From Nemertoderma westbladi (taxonomy: Eukaryota > Animalia > Xenacoelomorpha), in contig JAUCBJ010003358.1 of NCBI GenBank assembly GCA_032718475.1, positions 1-47,592 of the forward strand: DNA of 47,592 bases, given 5' to 3'. Positions 1 through 11,339 of the stretch are shown here, piece after piece. The notes beneath the pieces are model-generated. The model was not told where the DNA came from. It saw nothing but the letters and a program-made list of their open reading frames with translations, and ran no database searches. Position 1 is the first letter of the stretch; the number at the start of each line of letters is the position of its first letter. A program made the translations under genes and the position numbers.

Positions 1-823
1 TCCTTATTTCCTTTCTAGGCAGGTTGTCAGTCTGTCAGTGTGGTACTGCTACTGCATTATCTGAGTATTGGTATGTGCGGTAGGGTAGGGAGTCCTGCAA
101 TTGCATGAGTGAAGTCTGAATTGCGATATCGCGATTATTCAGCCATATCATGTACCAGTACCGTACCTTAATCTTATTAAACATGTTTTACAGTACAGTA
201 CCAGTACTGTTCTGTTACTGTGATACAGAGTTACCTGTACCGTCTTCAGTTCGTTGGCGCCACCCACCAATTGGCTCGGCAAAGGCAACCATGCAGCCAT
301 GGAAGTTTTGAAATTGTGCGGACTTAAGACAGACTGACATATTGTCAGGATGTACCAGCTGACCTTTATTCCATGTTCCGGTATCCACTACTGCACTAGG
401 AACCAAAACAGCCCAATACTGCAATACCCAGCAACCCTTTGGAATTTTACCGGTACTCAAACAACTCGCTATCAAGGCCACCGCCTCTGTCTGTTCTCAG
501 TATCGTTGGCGACCTCGACTTTCGGTATCGCTACTGCGCTAGCGCTACGGGCAAACTGGACTAACCGATGAGCGAGACCCGAGGATTGAAGATAGAAGAA
601 TGCATTGAATTTTTTGAGTAGTTTGACTGTGGACTTCTATGACATCGATGCCAAGCTGAAAGTTTGTGAAAAATGCGAAAGTTTTTTTTAAGTATAAGTT
701 TGGTTAAATTTTATCAAATTATTAATTTGAATTTCTTAAGTACCGGTTTTGGGATAGAATTGCTCAATTTTAATCCGTATCTAATAACTGAGCCTCGTCC
801 TGCGCGATGGCCCCACGAACGTG

Positions 824-1416
824 TTACATTATGTCAACCAAACAGCGGTGAATTACTCGTAACGCTGCAATGACATGGAAACAACTTCAATTACCGTATT
901 CGAGAATGTATTATTTCCATTTCTAACGGGTACTGTAATCCATTATGGCGAAACGTCCAATGGTAGACACTTTAGAGAAAATAACCAAAGAAAATGGTGA
1001 CTGAACTTTTAAAACTAAAACTGAACTGAAAAATTAAAACTGAACGGACACAGACGGTGACTAAGTTTACTTCAGTCGACTATAGTTAAGATGGATTAAT
1101 GATTTATCACATCCATGCAAGAGATAACTTCCAATAAACTTTAATTAGATTTAAATGTATAATTAATACTGTGTACCTGTTAATAAATTTAACTTATATT
1201 CAATATAGTTAGTACATGAATAAAATGTATAAACGAGTATCCATAAAATGCTTTCTTCACATACCGAAAGCTGATAAGTTGACATAATGTAACAATATTA
1301 CATACGTCATTGCGTGCAAAGGTACTTTTCAGCGTTAAAGACCCTTGTTTATTTATGTCAACCTCCCTCGCTGCGCTCGCTCGGTACATAAATAAACTCA
1401 GGTCATAACGCTGCAA
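824..1416. repeat. Dispersed repeat (probable non-autonomous transposon), copy A; inverted relative to the copy at 4828-5403
   Basis: Blocks such as TTACATTATGTCAAC, GGTGAATTACTCGTAACGCTGCAA, CCATTATGGCGAAACGTCCA and CAGCGTTAAAGACCCTTGTTTATT occur as reverse complements at 4828-5403. Copy A has extra sequence at about 1000-1175. Boundaries approximate. Confidence 0.8.
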
Positions 1417-2199
1417 ATTGCTACTTTGCACACAATGATATAAATAGTTATAACATTAAACATGAAATATGTCATTTTATTTTTATCTTGAACATTATTT
1501 TCACGACGTTTAAAATTTTAGTTTCATTTAGTGAATGACAGGCTTACCAAGCTTCGGTGTTGCATGCTTATTGCATATGGATGAGCATAAACAGTACTCA
1601 TGTACTCCAAAAGGTATGTTGAGTTGGTTGAAGTTTGACGCAAACGAATGGACCTTAATATTGACCGACATATGTTATTATTGATTATTTTATTTCGCTA
1701 TATACGCAATGTTTGAAAACTGCCTTAGAATAGCTGAATCCTACTCGTCTATAAGGAGGCTCTATGTCATACAATACATTAAGACCAATTTTCTGCATTT
1801 TCTACACCAAAATCAAATGGCTTTCTACAAGAACTAACATTATTAAAAGCCTTGGTCGACTCGAAAAAGGGCGCTTTTCTACACGAGAAACAACAGCAAC
1901 CAGGCCCCATTTTACTCGACCAAATCAACTAAAGCCCTAGACTCGTCGTTTTAATATGAGTATTTATTTTGCGGATATGCCTCCTTGTGCAGTAATTATA
2001 TTTAGACTCTGGGCAGTACAGTAGCTATTGTGGGGCGAGCCACGAATTAAGAGAAGACTTAGCATAGGGGTGCCATTAACAAGTTGCCTGTCATCGTCGT
2101 CTAATTTTCCACAGCAACGCCTACCTTGTCCTTTTTGCCAGAAAATTTGATCTGGTATGACCTCCAGCATAGTGCCCACTGCATCGTATAGTCTCTTAA

Positions 2200-2343
2200 A
2201 AGTCATGTATCTTGTAACTTGTTTTTAACCTTGTTTTTACTTAAATCTCTATTACTTATTTGCAGAGTGCTTTAATTGAAGCCTTTAAGCGCCTAGAACA
2301 AAATGTATAGGGAGCTATATAAATATTTTATTATTATTATTAG
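2200..2343 (+). mobile_element. 3' end of an L2/CR1-type LINE or a SINE with an L2-derived tail
   Basis: TAAGCGCCTAGAAC...AGGGAGCTATATAAAT followed by an (ATT)n tail resembles the conserved L2 3' stem-loop plus microsatellite tail. 5' boundary uncertain. Confidence 0.5.
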
Positions 2344-2845
2344 GAGCCCGCTCAAAGAGCTGGGATAGTTACTGTCAGAAAAAATTGTCAGTGAGGGAGG
2401 GATATATAGTCTATCCATATGGAATTGCAGTTTCGTACACTTCCTGCCTAGCTTTTTTTATAAAATTTTGCAAGTACATTGTTTTGATGGTTCGTAATCG
2501 CGTTACAAAATTTCAGATCGATTCTATGTTTGGTATTCGATATATTTCGTTTTTTTGATATTATTATTTCGAGAAATTAAATGTATATAGAAATTCATTG
2601 ACTGCTGTGACAAATGAATACATAGAGAGTTGGTTTAGGGGCATTATTAAGCGGGCTTGCCCATTTGAATGCAGCCCTATTAATTAATTAACGGCCCTGT
2701 GCTTATAATAATTCAATCAGCTGGCCTACCATTTATCATCAGCGAGTAATAGATATTCCTATAGAATTCACTGGGAAGAGATATTCAGCTGACCGGGTAA
2801 TACATTATAAACAGTTGATGTTTGATTACTGTCTGTGATAGTGTG

Positions 2846-4555
2846 CCTCAATGGTTGGAAGGCCCACTTTGAAAAGCTCCTCAATAATGACAGAGTATTG
2901 CCTGATAACTTTATCGAAGTAAAAGTGTCTGAGTCTGTACTCCCAGATATTCCCATTGGTGATATCTCCTTTGCAGAAGTGAAGGCTGCTGCAAAGTGCG
3001 TTAGGACCAATCGTGCCAGTGGAGTAGATGGTGTTCCCCCTGAGGTCTTTAAAATACCTGAGTGTTTAAAGCTCATCTATCCCATCATAGTAGACATGTA
3101 CCGTACAACAAGAGTCCCACAAGAAATGAAAACAAATAAGTTGGTGCCAGTTCCCAAGAAGGGCAGCCTAACACTCTATGGTTCTTTTCGGGGAATCTCA
3201 TTGATCTCGATTGCTGCAAAGCTATACAATAGAATTCTATTAAATCGCATCAGGGATCCCATTGAGAGACTACTCCGTGGAAATCAGAATGGGTTCCGTA
3301 AAGGTCGTGGGACCATGGAGCCAATTTTGGCACTTAGAAGGATAATTGAAGAGTTATCAAAAAAGAAAGACAGGCATCTGGCTGTTATCTTTGTTGACTT
3401 CTTCAAGGCCTTTGATTCAGTCTCTCGCTCACGTATGTTCAGCATACTTTCATTATATGGGATTCCTGATGAAATTATTGCAGCAATCAGATCAGATTAC
3501 GATGGTTCGACAACATTTGTGTCTACTGTTGACGGTGACACAGAACCATTTGAAGTGTTATGGGGCGTTCTCCAGGGAGACATACTTGCACCATTCTTGT
3601 TCATAATTGTTGTTGACTATGTTCTACGCATGTCCTTAGATCATCATAATGATGATGAGGTGATGATAACTCCACCTACTGGCTCCAGAAGTCGAGGAAA
3701 TCCTGCCAAGTACCTAACTGATCTAGACTTTGCTGATGACTTAGGAGTACTCTCAGAATCACTAGAGGGAGCCCAACGGCTCCTCAGCTCATTAGAACAT
3801 GCTGCTTCTAGTGTTGGTCTTTTTATTAACTCCAGAAAGACCAAAATTTTGACAGTTAACTTTGAAAGTCCTCAGCAAGTCTCTGATCGGATGAGCATAA
3901 GCTCAAAAGATGGTATGCTTGAGCATGTGGATGACTTCTGTTACCTGGGACCTTGGATCCGGAAATCAGGTGAGGACCTTCGAATACGTAAGGGAAAGGC
4001 ATGGGCAGCCTTGAATAGGCTTTCCAGGATTTGGAAGTCACCGAGAATTAATCGGAAACTTAAGGTCCGGTTATTTAGAGCAGCAGTAGTTCCAGTACTC
4101 CTCTATGGGAGTCCATGCTGGGCTCTAACTGCTGAGGACACCAAATCTCTGGATGGCACATTCACAAGAATGCTACGCCGGGTACATTGTGTCAAGTACA
4201 ATGCACACATCTCCAACCAGACACTATATAACATTGGAGGTGTCTCATTGGTTACCCCAAGCTTGACACTAGAACAAAATCGCCTCCGCTTTGCAGGAAA
4301 TTGCTTTCGCCGTGAGGACCAGCCAGTGCATAATCTTGTACATTGGCAGCCTCATGGAGTGAATAAGCATGGTGGACAGCCCATGACTTTCTTGAGACGC
4401 ATCTTAAAGGACACTGGCCTTGAAGATGCGGATGATCTAGCAAATGTCATGGGTGATGAGTTGTGGCAGTGCAATTTTGTCGATAAGCCAGCACAGCATT
4501 CTTAAAAATGCAGCTGCAATGCAGCATGCCGATCCTAGTAGTAGTAGTAGTAGTA
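2846..4555 (+). mobile_element. 5'-truncated RTE-type non-LTR retrotransposon, copy 1
   Basis: RT ORF, about 30-nt 3' UTR, (TAG)n tail at 4536-4555, and an exact 11-bp TSD GTGATAGTGTG at 2835-2845 and 4556-4566. Confidence 0.95.
2847..4505 (+). pseudogene. Reverse transcriptase (5'-truncated ORF of RTE-type LINE; endonuclease domain missing)
   Basis: Open frame with non-LTR RT motifs ASGVDGVP, PVPKKG, RGISL, QNGFRKGR, FVDFFKAFDSV, GVLQGDILAPFLF, DFADD, FCYLG, VLLYGS. The ORF-track GTG start lies in the TSD, so it is not a real start. Confidence 0.92.
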
Positions 4556-4640
4556 GTGATAGTGTGAGTGAGTGAGTAAACACAACCTTACTAAAACTTG
4601 GCAAGTAAAATACTTCTTTGTAGTTTGGGTGTATCTGGCG

Positions 4641-4780
4641 CAGTGGCGGTACGGCTAATGTCGCGTTACGGAAAGTCGCGTTACGGCTAATTTTCTGAGT
4701 AGCCGTAACGCGACTTTGAAAGTCGCGGTACGGCTACTTAATAAGTCTCGTTACGGCTAATTGTCGCGTTACGGCTAATC
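4641..4780. repeat. Cluster of about six 15-bp GTCGCGTTACGGCTA motifs, one inverted; likely subterminal repeats of a DNA transposon/MITE
   Basis: Motif recurs with few mismatches. Perfect 18-bp inverted repeat 4672-4689 / 4700-4717 with a 10-nt loop. Starts with CAGTGGCG. Confidence 0.75.
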
Positions 4781-4827
4781 TATTGTCTTGCTTTTACATA
4801 GGGAATCATAGGGGGAATCATAGCACT

Positions 4828-5403
4828 ATGCAGCGTTATGACCCGAGGTTATTTATGTACCGAGCGAGCGCAACGAGGGAGGTTTACATCAATAAACAAG
4901 GGTCTTTAACGCTGAAAAAGTGACCTTTGCAAGCAATGATGTATGTAATTTTGATACATTATGTCAACTTATCAGCGTTCGGTATGTGAAGAAAGGATTT
5001 TATGGATACTCATAAGGATTTTATGGATGCTCATTTATACATTTTAATCATGTACTATTTCGAATATAAGTGAACTTTATTAACCATGTAGCCATTTTCT
5101 TTGGTCATTTTAGTGTCTTCTAGTGGACGTTTCGCCATAATGGATTTTAAAGTACACGTTAAACAATTATTTACATTCAGTTGTAGCTAGTCCCGTCACT
5201 GCAAACTGGATAATAAAGCAGCACTCATTAACATAAATGGAAATAATACATTCTGGAATACGGTAATTGAAGTTGTTTCCATGTCATTGATTACTTTGCA
5301 GCGTTCCGTCCTATAGGCCACAACGCTGCAAAGTACAGTAGTATTGTACTTTGCAGCGTTACGAGTAATTCACCAGAACGCTGTTAAGTTGACATAATGT
5401 AGC
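4828..5403. repeat. Dispersed repeat copy B (reverse complement of 824-1416)
   Basis: Colinear reverse-complement match to copy A with substitutions and indels. Confidence 0.8.
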
Positions 5404-5527
5404 AAAAGTTAATGTTTTGTTAAACTGAATGGTCATGCGTATTAAATAACCCAACAACAAAAGTTGTTAGATGGAGCTATATTAAATAAATTATTAAATT
5501 GGAACTGTATTAAATTAATATACTGTG

Positions 5528-5750
5528 GAACGAGCCACGATTAGTGAGCGAATCTACTAGTGAACAATTTCAATTAGTATTAGGGCCTAATATCATGTCC
5601 GTCTGTTTGTCTGTCCGTCTATCTGTAATGGAAAATTCAACCATTTTGAAGCCTTTACTCAATTTTAACCAAATTTGAATGAACCTACTAGAGGAAAAGT
5701 TCCAATATTTTGCAAATTTTCGTGGGGCATTCGTGCTGCACGAATCAAGT
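5528..5750 (+). mobile_element. HINE/DINE-1-like non-autonomous Helentron-associated element
   Basis: (GTCC/GTCT)n microsatellite at 5597-5625, AATTTTAACCAAATTTGAATGAA core, and TTCGTGGGGCATTCGTGCTGCACGAA end with a small hairpin. Related ends in the opposite orientation at about 787-823 and 24046-24083. Confidence 0.5.
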
Positions 5751-5809
5751 ACTCGGGTTACCCGTTCTCGAGTAAGCAGCCGCTCGTGCTGCGCGACGCG
5801 AACGTAAGT

Positions 5810-6073
5810 TTATTTATATACTGCGAGACGTTCGTATAGGCTGTAGTCCTGAAGTGCTATAGTGGAACCACAAACATCCACATCCACACACACACATACA
5901 TACTAATAAAGGTGTCGCGATGTCGGGTTATAATTCTACTCCAGCTCTCCGAAATGTTGATCCAATCGACGGTAAACAAACTGAACATATACAAAAAAAC
6001 CCGTACCAATTTCAGGGTCTTCATAACTCGGTGAAAAGGGCTCCTTACCGCAACGCTTGCGTTGCGTTTCTAG
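5810..6073 (+). mobile_element. Non-autonomous Helitron-like element (3' end clear, 5' end uncertain)
   Basis: Perfect GC-rich palindrome CGCAACGC-TT-GCGTTGCG (6049-6066) just upstream of CTAG (6070-6073) followed by T, the Helitron 3' signature. Confidence 0.55.
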
Positions 6074-6407
6074 TTATTATGTAGTATTTTATAAGCAATC
6101 ATACCTCATTAGCAGCCCTATCCACTTTTGTCAGTTTAAGTTGTGCATCTGCTAGCGTCTTAGAGAGCATGACATTGCCATCTGCAATGTTGGTGTCTGT
6201 GACCTCATTGCGAAATTGAATACAATTTTAAATAGTAATGGAGCCAATGTGCCACCTTGCAGTGCAGTACGCCAGCCAGGATTGAGAAGTACGCAGTTTC
6301 ACTATCTGATGAGCAGATAGGGGGGGGGGGGGGGGGGGGGGGGGACTGGACGCAAAAAAAAAAATTTCCATAAGCTCTTATTCAAATTCATAAATGTCTG
6401 AACTACA

Positions 6408-6775
6408 AGAAGCTCTTTGACTTAATTCCTTCAATCAGTCTCCATAGTGCAAGTATCTGAGCTATTGTTGATCTATTTGGTCGAAATCCGTTTTGGCTCT
6501 TACGCAGCAGTTTCTCTATGTGAGGCCAAATTCTATATAGAATTATTTTGTTCTTTGTTATATTTGGCAGCTAACACAAGCAGACAGATAAATCCCACGA
6601 TAGTTTGTTGGTATACCGAAGTCTCCTTTCTTGGGGAGGGGCTTTTTTCCCTTTTCAACATTCGGTTGCAAACATCCAATAATGGTCGGATCATCACTCC
6701 TGTTTTTCATACCTCTCTCTGCAGGGATTTCATTTAATCCACTCGCTTTATTGGATGAATATGCTTTAAATGCTT
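6408..6775 (-). pseudogene. Decayed RT fragment of a second, older RTE-type LINE family (inside GPCR intron 2)
   Basis: Manual minus-strand translation across frameshifts gives NKASGLNEIPAE...PLPKKGDFGIPTNYRGI...HIEKLLRKSQNGFRPNRSTIAQILALWRLIEGIK, homologous to but clearly diverged from the RT at 2847-4505. Confidence 0.8.
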
Positions 6776-6932
6776 ATCTGGAGTTCGGCAGGTGTAAACT
6801 GTAAAAAGTACCCTGTGATGGAGAAAGGTTCAATTTTGCGCCACTTATATCAATGTGTGCAGGTAACTTTGAAGATAAAGCCAATTCTAGAATATAAATA
6901 ACAAGGTATTAGTAGTATAAAATTAAACTCAC

Positions 6933-7023
6933 CCCAAGGGCTTGCAAATCGCAATGAATCTTTCAACACACATGGCAACCGAAGTCAAAGTAATAGTTAC
7001 TGGCGAGAAGACACTGAACAAAG
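6933..7023 (-). CDS. Class A GPCR, second coding exon (TM3 and start of ICL2)
   Basis: 91-nt exon with a TTTTTTCAG acceptor and GTGAGT donor. Phase 1 matches the preceding exon. Reads (A)LFSVFSPVTITLTSVAMCVERFIAICKPL(G), with the ERF variant of DRY exactly 25 residues after C3.25. Not in the ORF track. Confidence 0.9.
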
Positions 7024-7631
7024 CTGAAAAAATGAACAAAAATTACAATTACAATAAGATCGTCAGAAACAATATCAAAAAAGGAATAAAGCAATAAATC
7101 CTCGTATAACTCACTACTTGAGTTTTTAATATTACTGCCACCGTAACTCATTCAATAAAACAATAATATTGACACTAAACAATCTCTGTAATTTAAAATA
7201 ATTATGTTGTGGATGAGGAATATCATTTTGGATATGTCAACATATAATCTATGAGGTTCTGTATTTTTTTATGGATCTAATTGTCAAAGGACACCCGACA
7301 CCATATCCTTATATTTATAGCTATTCAGTAATGTTATCTCCAAAATGAAAAGGTTGCTCACTTTATTTGTTATATATACTCTATTTTCTATTTTTTTTAT
7401 TACAATTTTTCTATTTTCATGCATTTACTTTGGCAACCTCTGTTATCATGGTCATTGTCAATCTTGTCAATCATGGTTATACTCGGTCAATCATTGGTCA
7501 AATATGTGCAAATAGAATGAAGTGCTTGAATACAAATTAGCGGAACATAAACTTGAAATAAGCTCTGGGGCAGAAATATAGAAATAATAAGCTCTGGCAG
7601 GGAAATAAAATGCCAAATAGTTGTTACTTAC

Positions 7632-8013
7632 CAACACATTTACAAAGTACCCATCCAACATGTGATCCTTTATAAAGCCAAACCCTTGGGTTAAGTTGAA
7701 AGGAAAGGAACCCCGGTTTCTCCAAACAAGATGCGAACAAACAAACCACGCTTAGATTAACTAGAAAAGTATTGGTTAGAGTTCGCATGTTCTTATTGGT
7801 AACTACGACGAGCACTATTCCAAGGTTACCAAAAAATGAGAATATCGTTATGACAACAAAAGCCACGAGTTGTATTATACGACTTGTATCTACGGATGCT
7901 ACTTTTTTGCATTGTTCTATAACCGTAGCATTAGAGATGGCTGTAGCAGCAATCGAATACGTCGTGTTAGCATTAGCATTCATGCTATAAACTGTTGATG
8001 CTAGCATTTCCAT
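7632..8013 (-). CDS. Class A (rhodopsin-family), neuropeptide-receptor-like GPCR, first visible coding exon (N-terminus, TM1, TM2, ECL1, start of TM3)
   Basis: N-glycosylation sequons NTT and NAT, TM1 GN motif, MRTLTNTFLVNLS, ECL1 Trp, LCK. Ends at a GTAAGT donor at 7631. Start placed at ATG 8013; a possible acceptor at 8067 could add an upstream exon. Confidence 0.9.
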
Positions 8014-9397
8014 ATCGATTATAAACAACTTGCATATTGTTCCATTATTATCAATGTGAAATCCTACTGAAACTATTATTACAAAGGTACTGTTCGGTAA
8101 ATAACTATATATTATATATAACAAAATCTATATTATTCTATCTACTATATTATATAATATAAATCTATTATATTATTCATTAAAAAATATAATTTTTATC
8201 ACCTTAATATATATTATTGATCATAAAAAGAAACACGTGTTCGTGTTATTAAATTTCTGTACTGAAAACCGAACTGAACTAGCTATCGTGGGATGTCTAA
8301 AAAAGAACGGAAGTCAATAAAATAAGGTTAAAAAGTCGGACATACTTTTTTCATCTTGTTCTTATAGATTACTAATTTCAATATCTTGCAGGTGAAGACT
8401 TCAGGTCAAGAAGATATCTTGCAGGTGCCCACTTTTAAATGTGCCAATAATGTTATGCCAATTTCCAAATTAAATATTTTTACCAACTCGATCTCAATCA
8501 GATCAGGTGGAATGTGAAATCGAAAATCAATTTTGTATCCAACTGAGACGAAACATAAGTGAAGAAATATTAAATGGTTTCGTTGAATAGAAGCAACTAG
8601 CGCTATTCGTGCTGCTGTGAGTTGATGAAATATACATAACTGCACTTGATACTTGGAACACTAATTATAGTGTCACTCCATCACAGTAGATGCGAAAATT
8701 TCATGTTGATTTGGTTTACAGTTCTATCACAGCCTAAATAGGGAGTTGATTTACACCAAACATTAATTCCAGATGAGACAAAGTCTAACAATTACAGTGT
8801 AGACACAGTATTCATTTCATAGGACGCCCAGCCCACTCTATGCCTAAACAAACACAGCCAGATGAAGAACAGAACAGTGAAATGGTAGTAGTCTGTGTAT
8901 AGAAAATATTACGTTTTTATCGTGTAATGTTTTCTAACTGATCCTAAAAAATACACAATTAACACGAAAAAATAATATTATATTATCTTCTGGTATGAAT
9001 TGATACAAGTCCTTTTAGTAAATAAACTCAAAATAAATTTATGGGATGATTGGTAAGTGTTTAATACGACTCAACTGTTTTTAATTCTTTTAAATCCTTT
9101 CCTTAATCTTTTAATAACCTGTTTTGAGATGTAATAATCTCACTAACAATTCGCGTTAAAATCTCACTTGGAGAAACTCCAACCAATCAAACAGTTACGT
9201 TGGTGTTGTTCGCACCAAGGTGCTGGTCTATCACCACCAGTCGTGTCAAGATAGACCCATTTCCATGACCATTTCCAGGCTTACAATAATTTCTCAATTG
9301 TAACGAGATCAGTTGTATAACATTCGCCATTGCTCTAACTGCCCTATACTTGGTCGGGGTAAACGCTACGCCTACACCTATACATACATGTACCCTA

Positions 9398-10088
9398 CAA
9401 CTACTACTACTAGGATCGGCATGCTGCATTGCATCTGCATTTTTAAGAATGCTGTGCCGGCTTGTTGCGCCGCCACAACTCCCTATCACCCATGACAATT
9501 GCTAGATCATCCGCATTTTCAAGGCCAGTGTCCTTTAAGATGCGTCTCAAGAAAGTCATGGGATGTCCACCATGCTAATTCACTCCATGAGGCTGCCAAA
9601 GTTCAAGATTATGCACTGGCTTGTCCTCACGGCGAAAGCAAAGTCCTGCAAAGCAGAGGCGGCTTTGTTCTAGTGTCAAGCTTAGGGGAACCAATGAGAC
9701 ACCTCCAATGTTATATAGTGTCAGGTTGGAGATGTGTGCATTGTACTTGACACAGTGAACCCGGCGTAGCATTCTTGTGAATGTGCGATCCAGAGATTTG
9801 GTGTCCTCAGATGTTAGAGCACAGTATGGACTCTCATAGAGGAGTACTGGAACTACTGCTGCTCTAAATAATCGGACCTTAAATTTCCGATTAATTCTAT
9901 GTGACTTCCATATCCTGGAAAGCCTATTCAAGGCTGCCCATGCCTTCCCCTTACGTATTATTTACATGATCCCACGTAACAGGCTCATGCTCAAGTAACA
10001 TGCTCAAGCATACCATCCTTTGAGCTTATGCTTCCGCCGGTCAGAGACTTGCTGAGGACTTTCAAAGTTAACTGTCAAAATTTTGGTC
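9398..10088 (-). mobile_element. 5'-truncated RTE-type LINE, copy 2 (degraded)
   Basis: Reverse-complement match to 3839-4550, (CTA)n tail at about 9398-9413, TSD ATGTACCCTA (9388-9397) / ATGTACCGTA (10089-10098) with one mismatch. Internal indels. Confidence 0.92.
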
Positions 10089-10246
10089 ATGTACCGTAAG
10101 CCGGGCCTAAACATCTGACTGTTGATTATCAAGCTGTTCATTCTCAAGTAAATTGGGTTTTCTACAATATACCTATAACTCTCGTTTATTGTTTTGATTC
10201 CTGTCAACCAGGCCTTCTTGACTAACCTGTAGATGTAGGTGTAGGT

Positions 10247-11052
10247 GTGGGTGTGGGTGTGGGTGTGGGTGTGTGTGTGTGTGTGTGGGTGTGGGTGTGG
10301 GTGTGGGTGTGGGTGTGGGTGTGGGTGTGGGTGTGGGTGTGGGTGTGGGTGTGGGTGTGGGTGTGGGTGTGGGTGTGGGTGTGGGTGTGGGTGTGGGTGT
10401 GGGTGTGGGTGTGGGTGTGGGTGTGGGTGTGGGTGTGGGTGTGGGTGTGGGTGTGGGTGTGGGTGTGGGTGTGGGTGTGGGTGTGGGTGTGGGTGTGGGT
10501 GTGGGTGTGGGTGTGGGTGTGGGTGTGGGTGTGGGTGTGGGTGTGGGTGTGGGTGTGGGTGTGGGTGTGGGTGTGGGTGTGGGTGTGGGTGTGGGTGTGG
10601 GTGTGGGTGTGGGTGTGGGTGTGGGTGTGGGTGTGGGTGTGGGTGTGGGTGTGGGTGTGGGTGTGGGTGTGGGTGTGGGTGTGGGTGTGGGTGTGGGTGT
10701 GGGTGTGGGTGTGGGTGTGGGTGTGGGTGTGGGTGTGGGTGTGGGTGTGGGTGTGGGTGTGGGTGTGGGTGTGGGTGTGGGTGTGGGTGTGGGTGTGGGT
10801 GTGGGTGTGGGTGTGGGTGTGGGTGTGGGTGTGGGTGTGGGTGTGGGTGTGGGTGTGGGTGTGGGTGTGGGTGTGGGTGTGGGTGTGGGTGTGGGTGTGG
10901 GTGTGGGTGTGGGTGTGGGTGTGGGTGTGGGTGTGGGTGTGGGTGTGGGTGTGGGTGTGGGTGTGGGTGTGGGTGTGGGTGTGGGTGTGGGTGTGGGTGT
11001 GGGTGTGGGTGTGGGTGTGGGTGTGGGTGTGGGTGTGGGTGTGGGTGTGGGT
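10247..11052 (+). repeat. (GTGGGT)n hexanucleotide microsatellite, roughly 130 units
   Basis: Near-perfect array with one (GT)n interruption at about 10271-10286. Edges grade into GTAGGT units. Confidence 0.98.
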
Positions 11053-11339
11053 GAGGGTGTAGGTGTGTAGGTGTAGACGTAGCGTTTACGTAACTCCGTT
11101 ACACTACACTTAGGATGACATTAACCATCCTGGTTGAATCAATTGAAATGATTCAATAATTCAAAACAGATTCGATAAAGCCATGGTGTTCCGTAAACAA
11201 TGTACCGTAAGTGCAGTCTAAGAATATGGTAAGAAAATGTTATATTTTATTTTACATTAATGATAAATTAATAAATTATACGTATATAGTGTAGCTGAAA
11301 GTCACCGCCGCGCCCTATTTTGCACGGTAGGGTACGCCT

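Larger units (their letters stand above)
9359..11089. mobile_element. MITE-like element with 22-bp inverted ends, hosting an RTE insertion and an expanded microsatellite
   Basis: GTAAACGCTACGCCTACACCTA (9359-9380) versus TAGGTGTAGACGTAGCGTTTAC (11068-11089) are inverted repeats with 21/22 identity. No clear TSD. Confidence 0.7.

Noticed and set aside
215-660. Minus-strand ORF with a plausible acceptor (about 656) and donor (about 234) as a further GPCR exon
   Set aside because: No frame stays open across it, and I saw no TM5-TM7 motifs.
1362-1386. CTCCCTCGCTGCGCTCGCTCG resembles the AAV ITR Rep-binding element
   Set aside because: Short, low-complexity match with no T-shaped ITR or Rep/capsid coding nearby. 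Similar motifs are common in invertebrate repeats.
1964-2206. 80-aa minus-strand ORF
   Set aside because: No recognisable domain; at most a decayed LINE C-terminus.
6300-6345. CTGATGA with a local hairpin as a second hammerhead
   Set aside because: No GAAA core or stem I/III partner follows; it runs into poly-G.
10245-11070. Poly-CG, poly-VW and poly-VG ORFs; also a possible telomere
   Set aside because: Translations of a hexamer microsatellite. The unit is not TTAGGG and sits inside a MITE arm.
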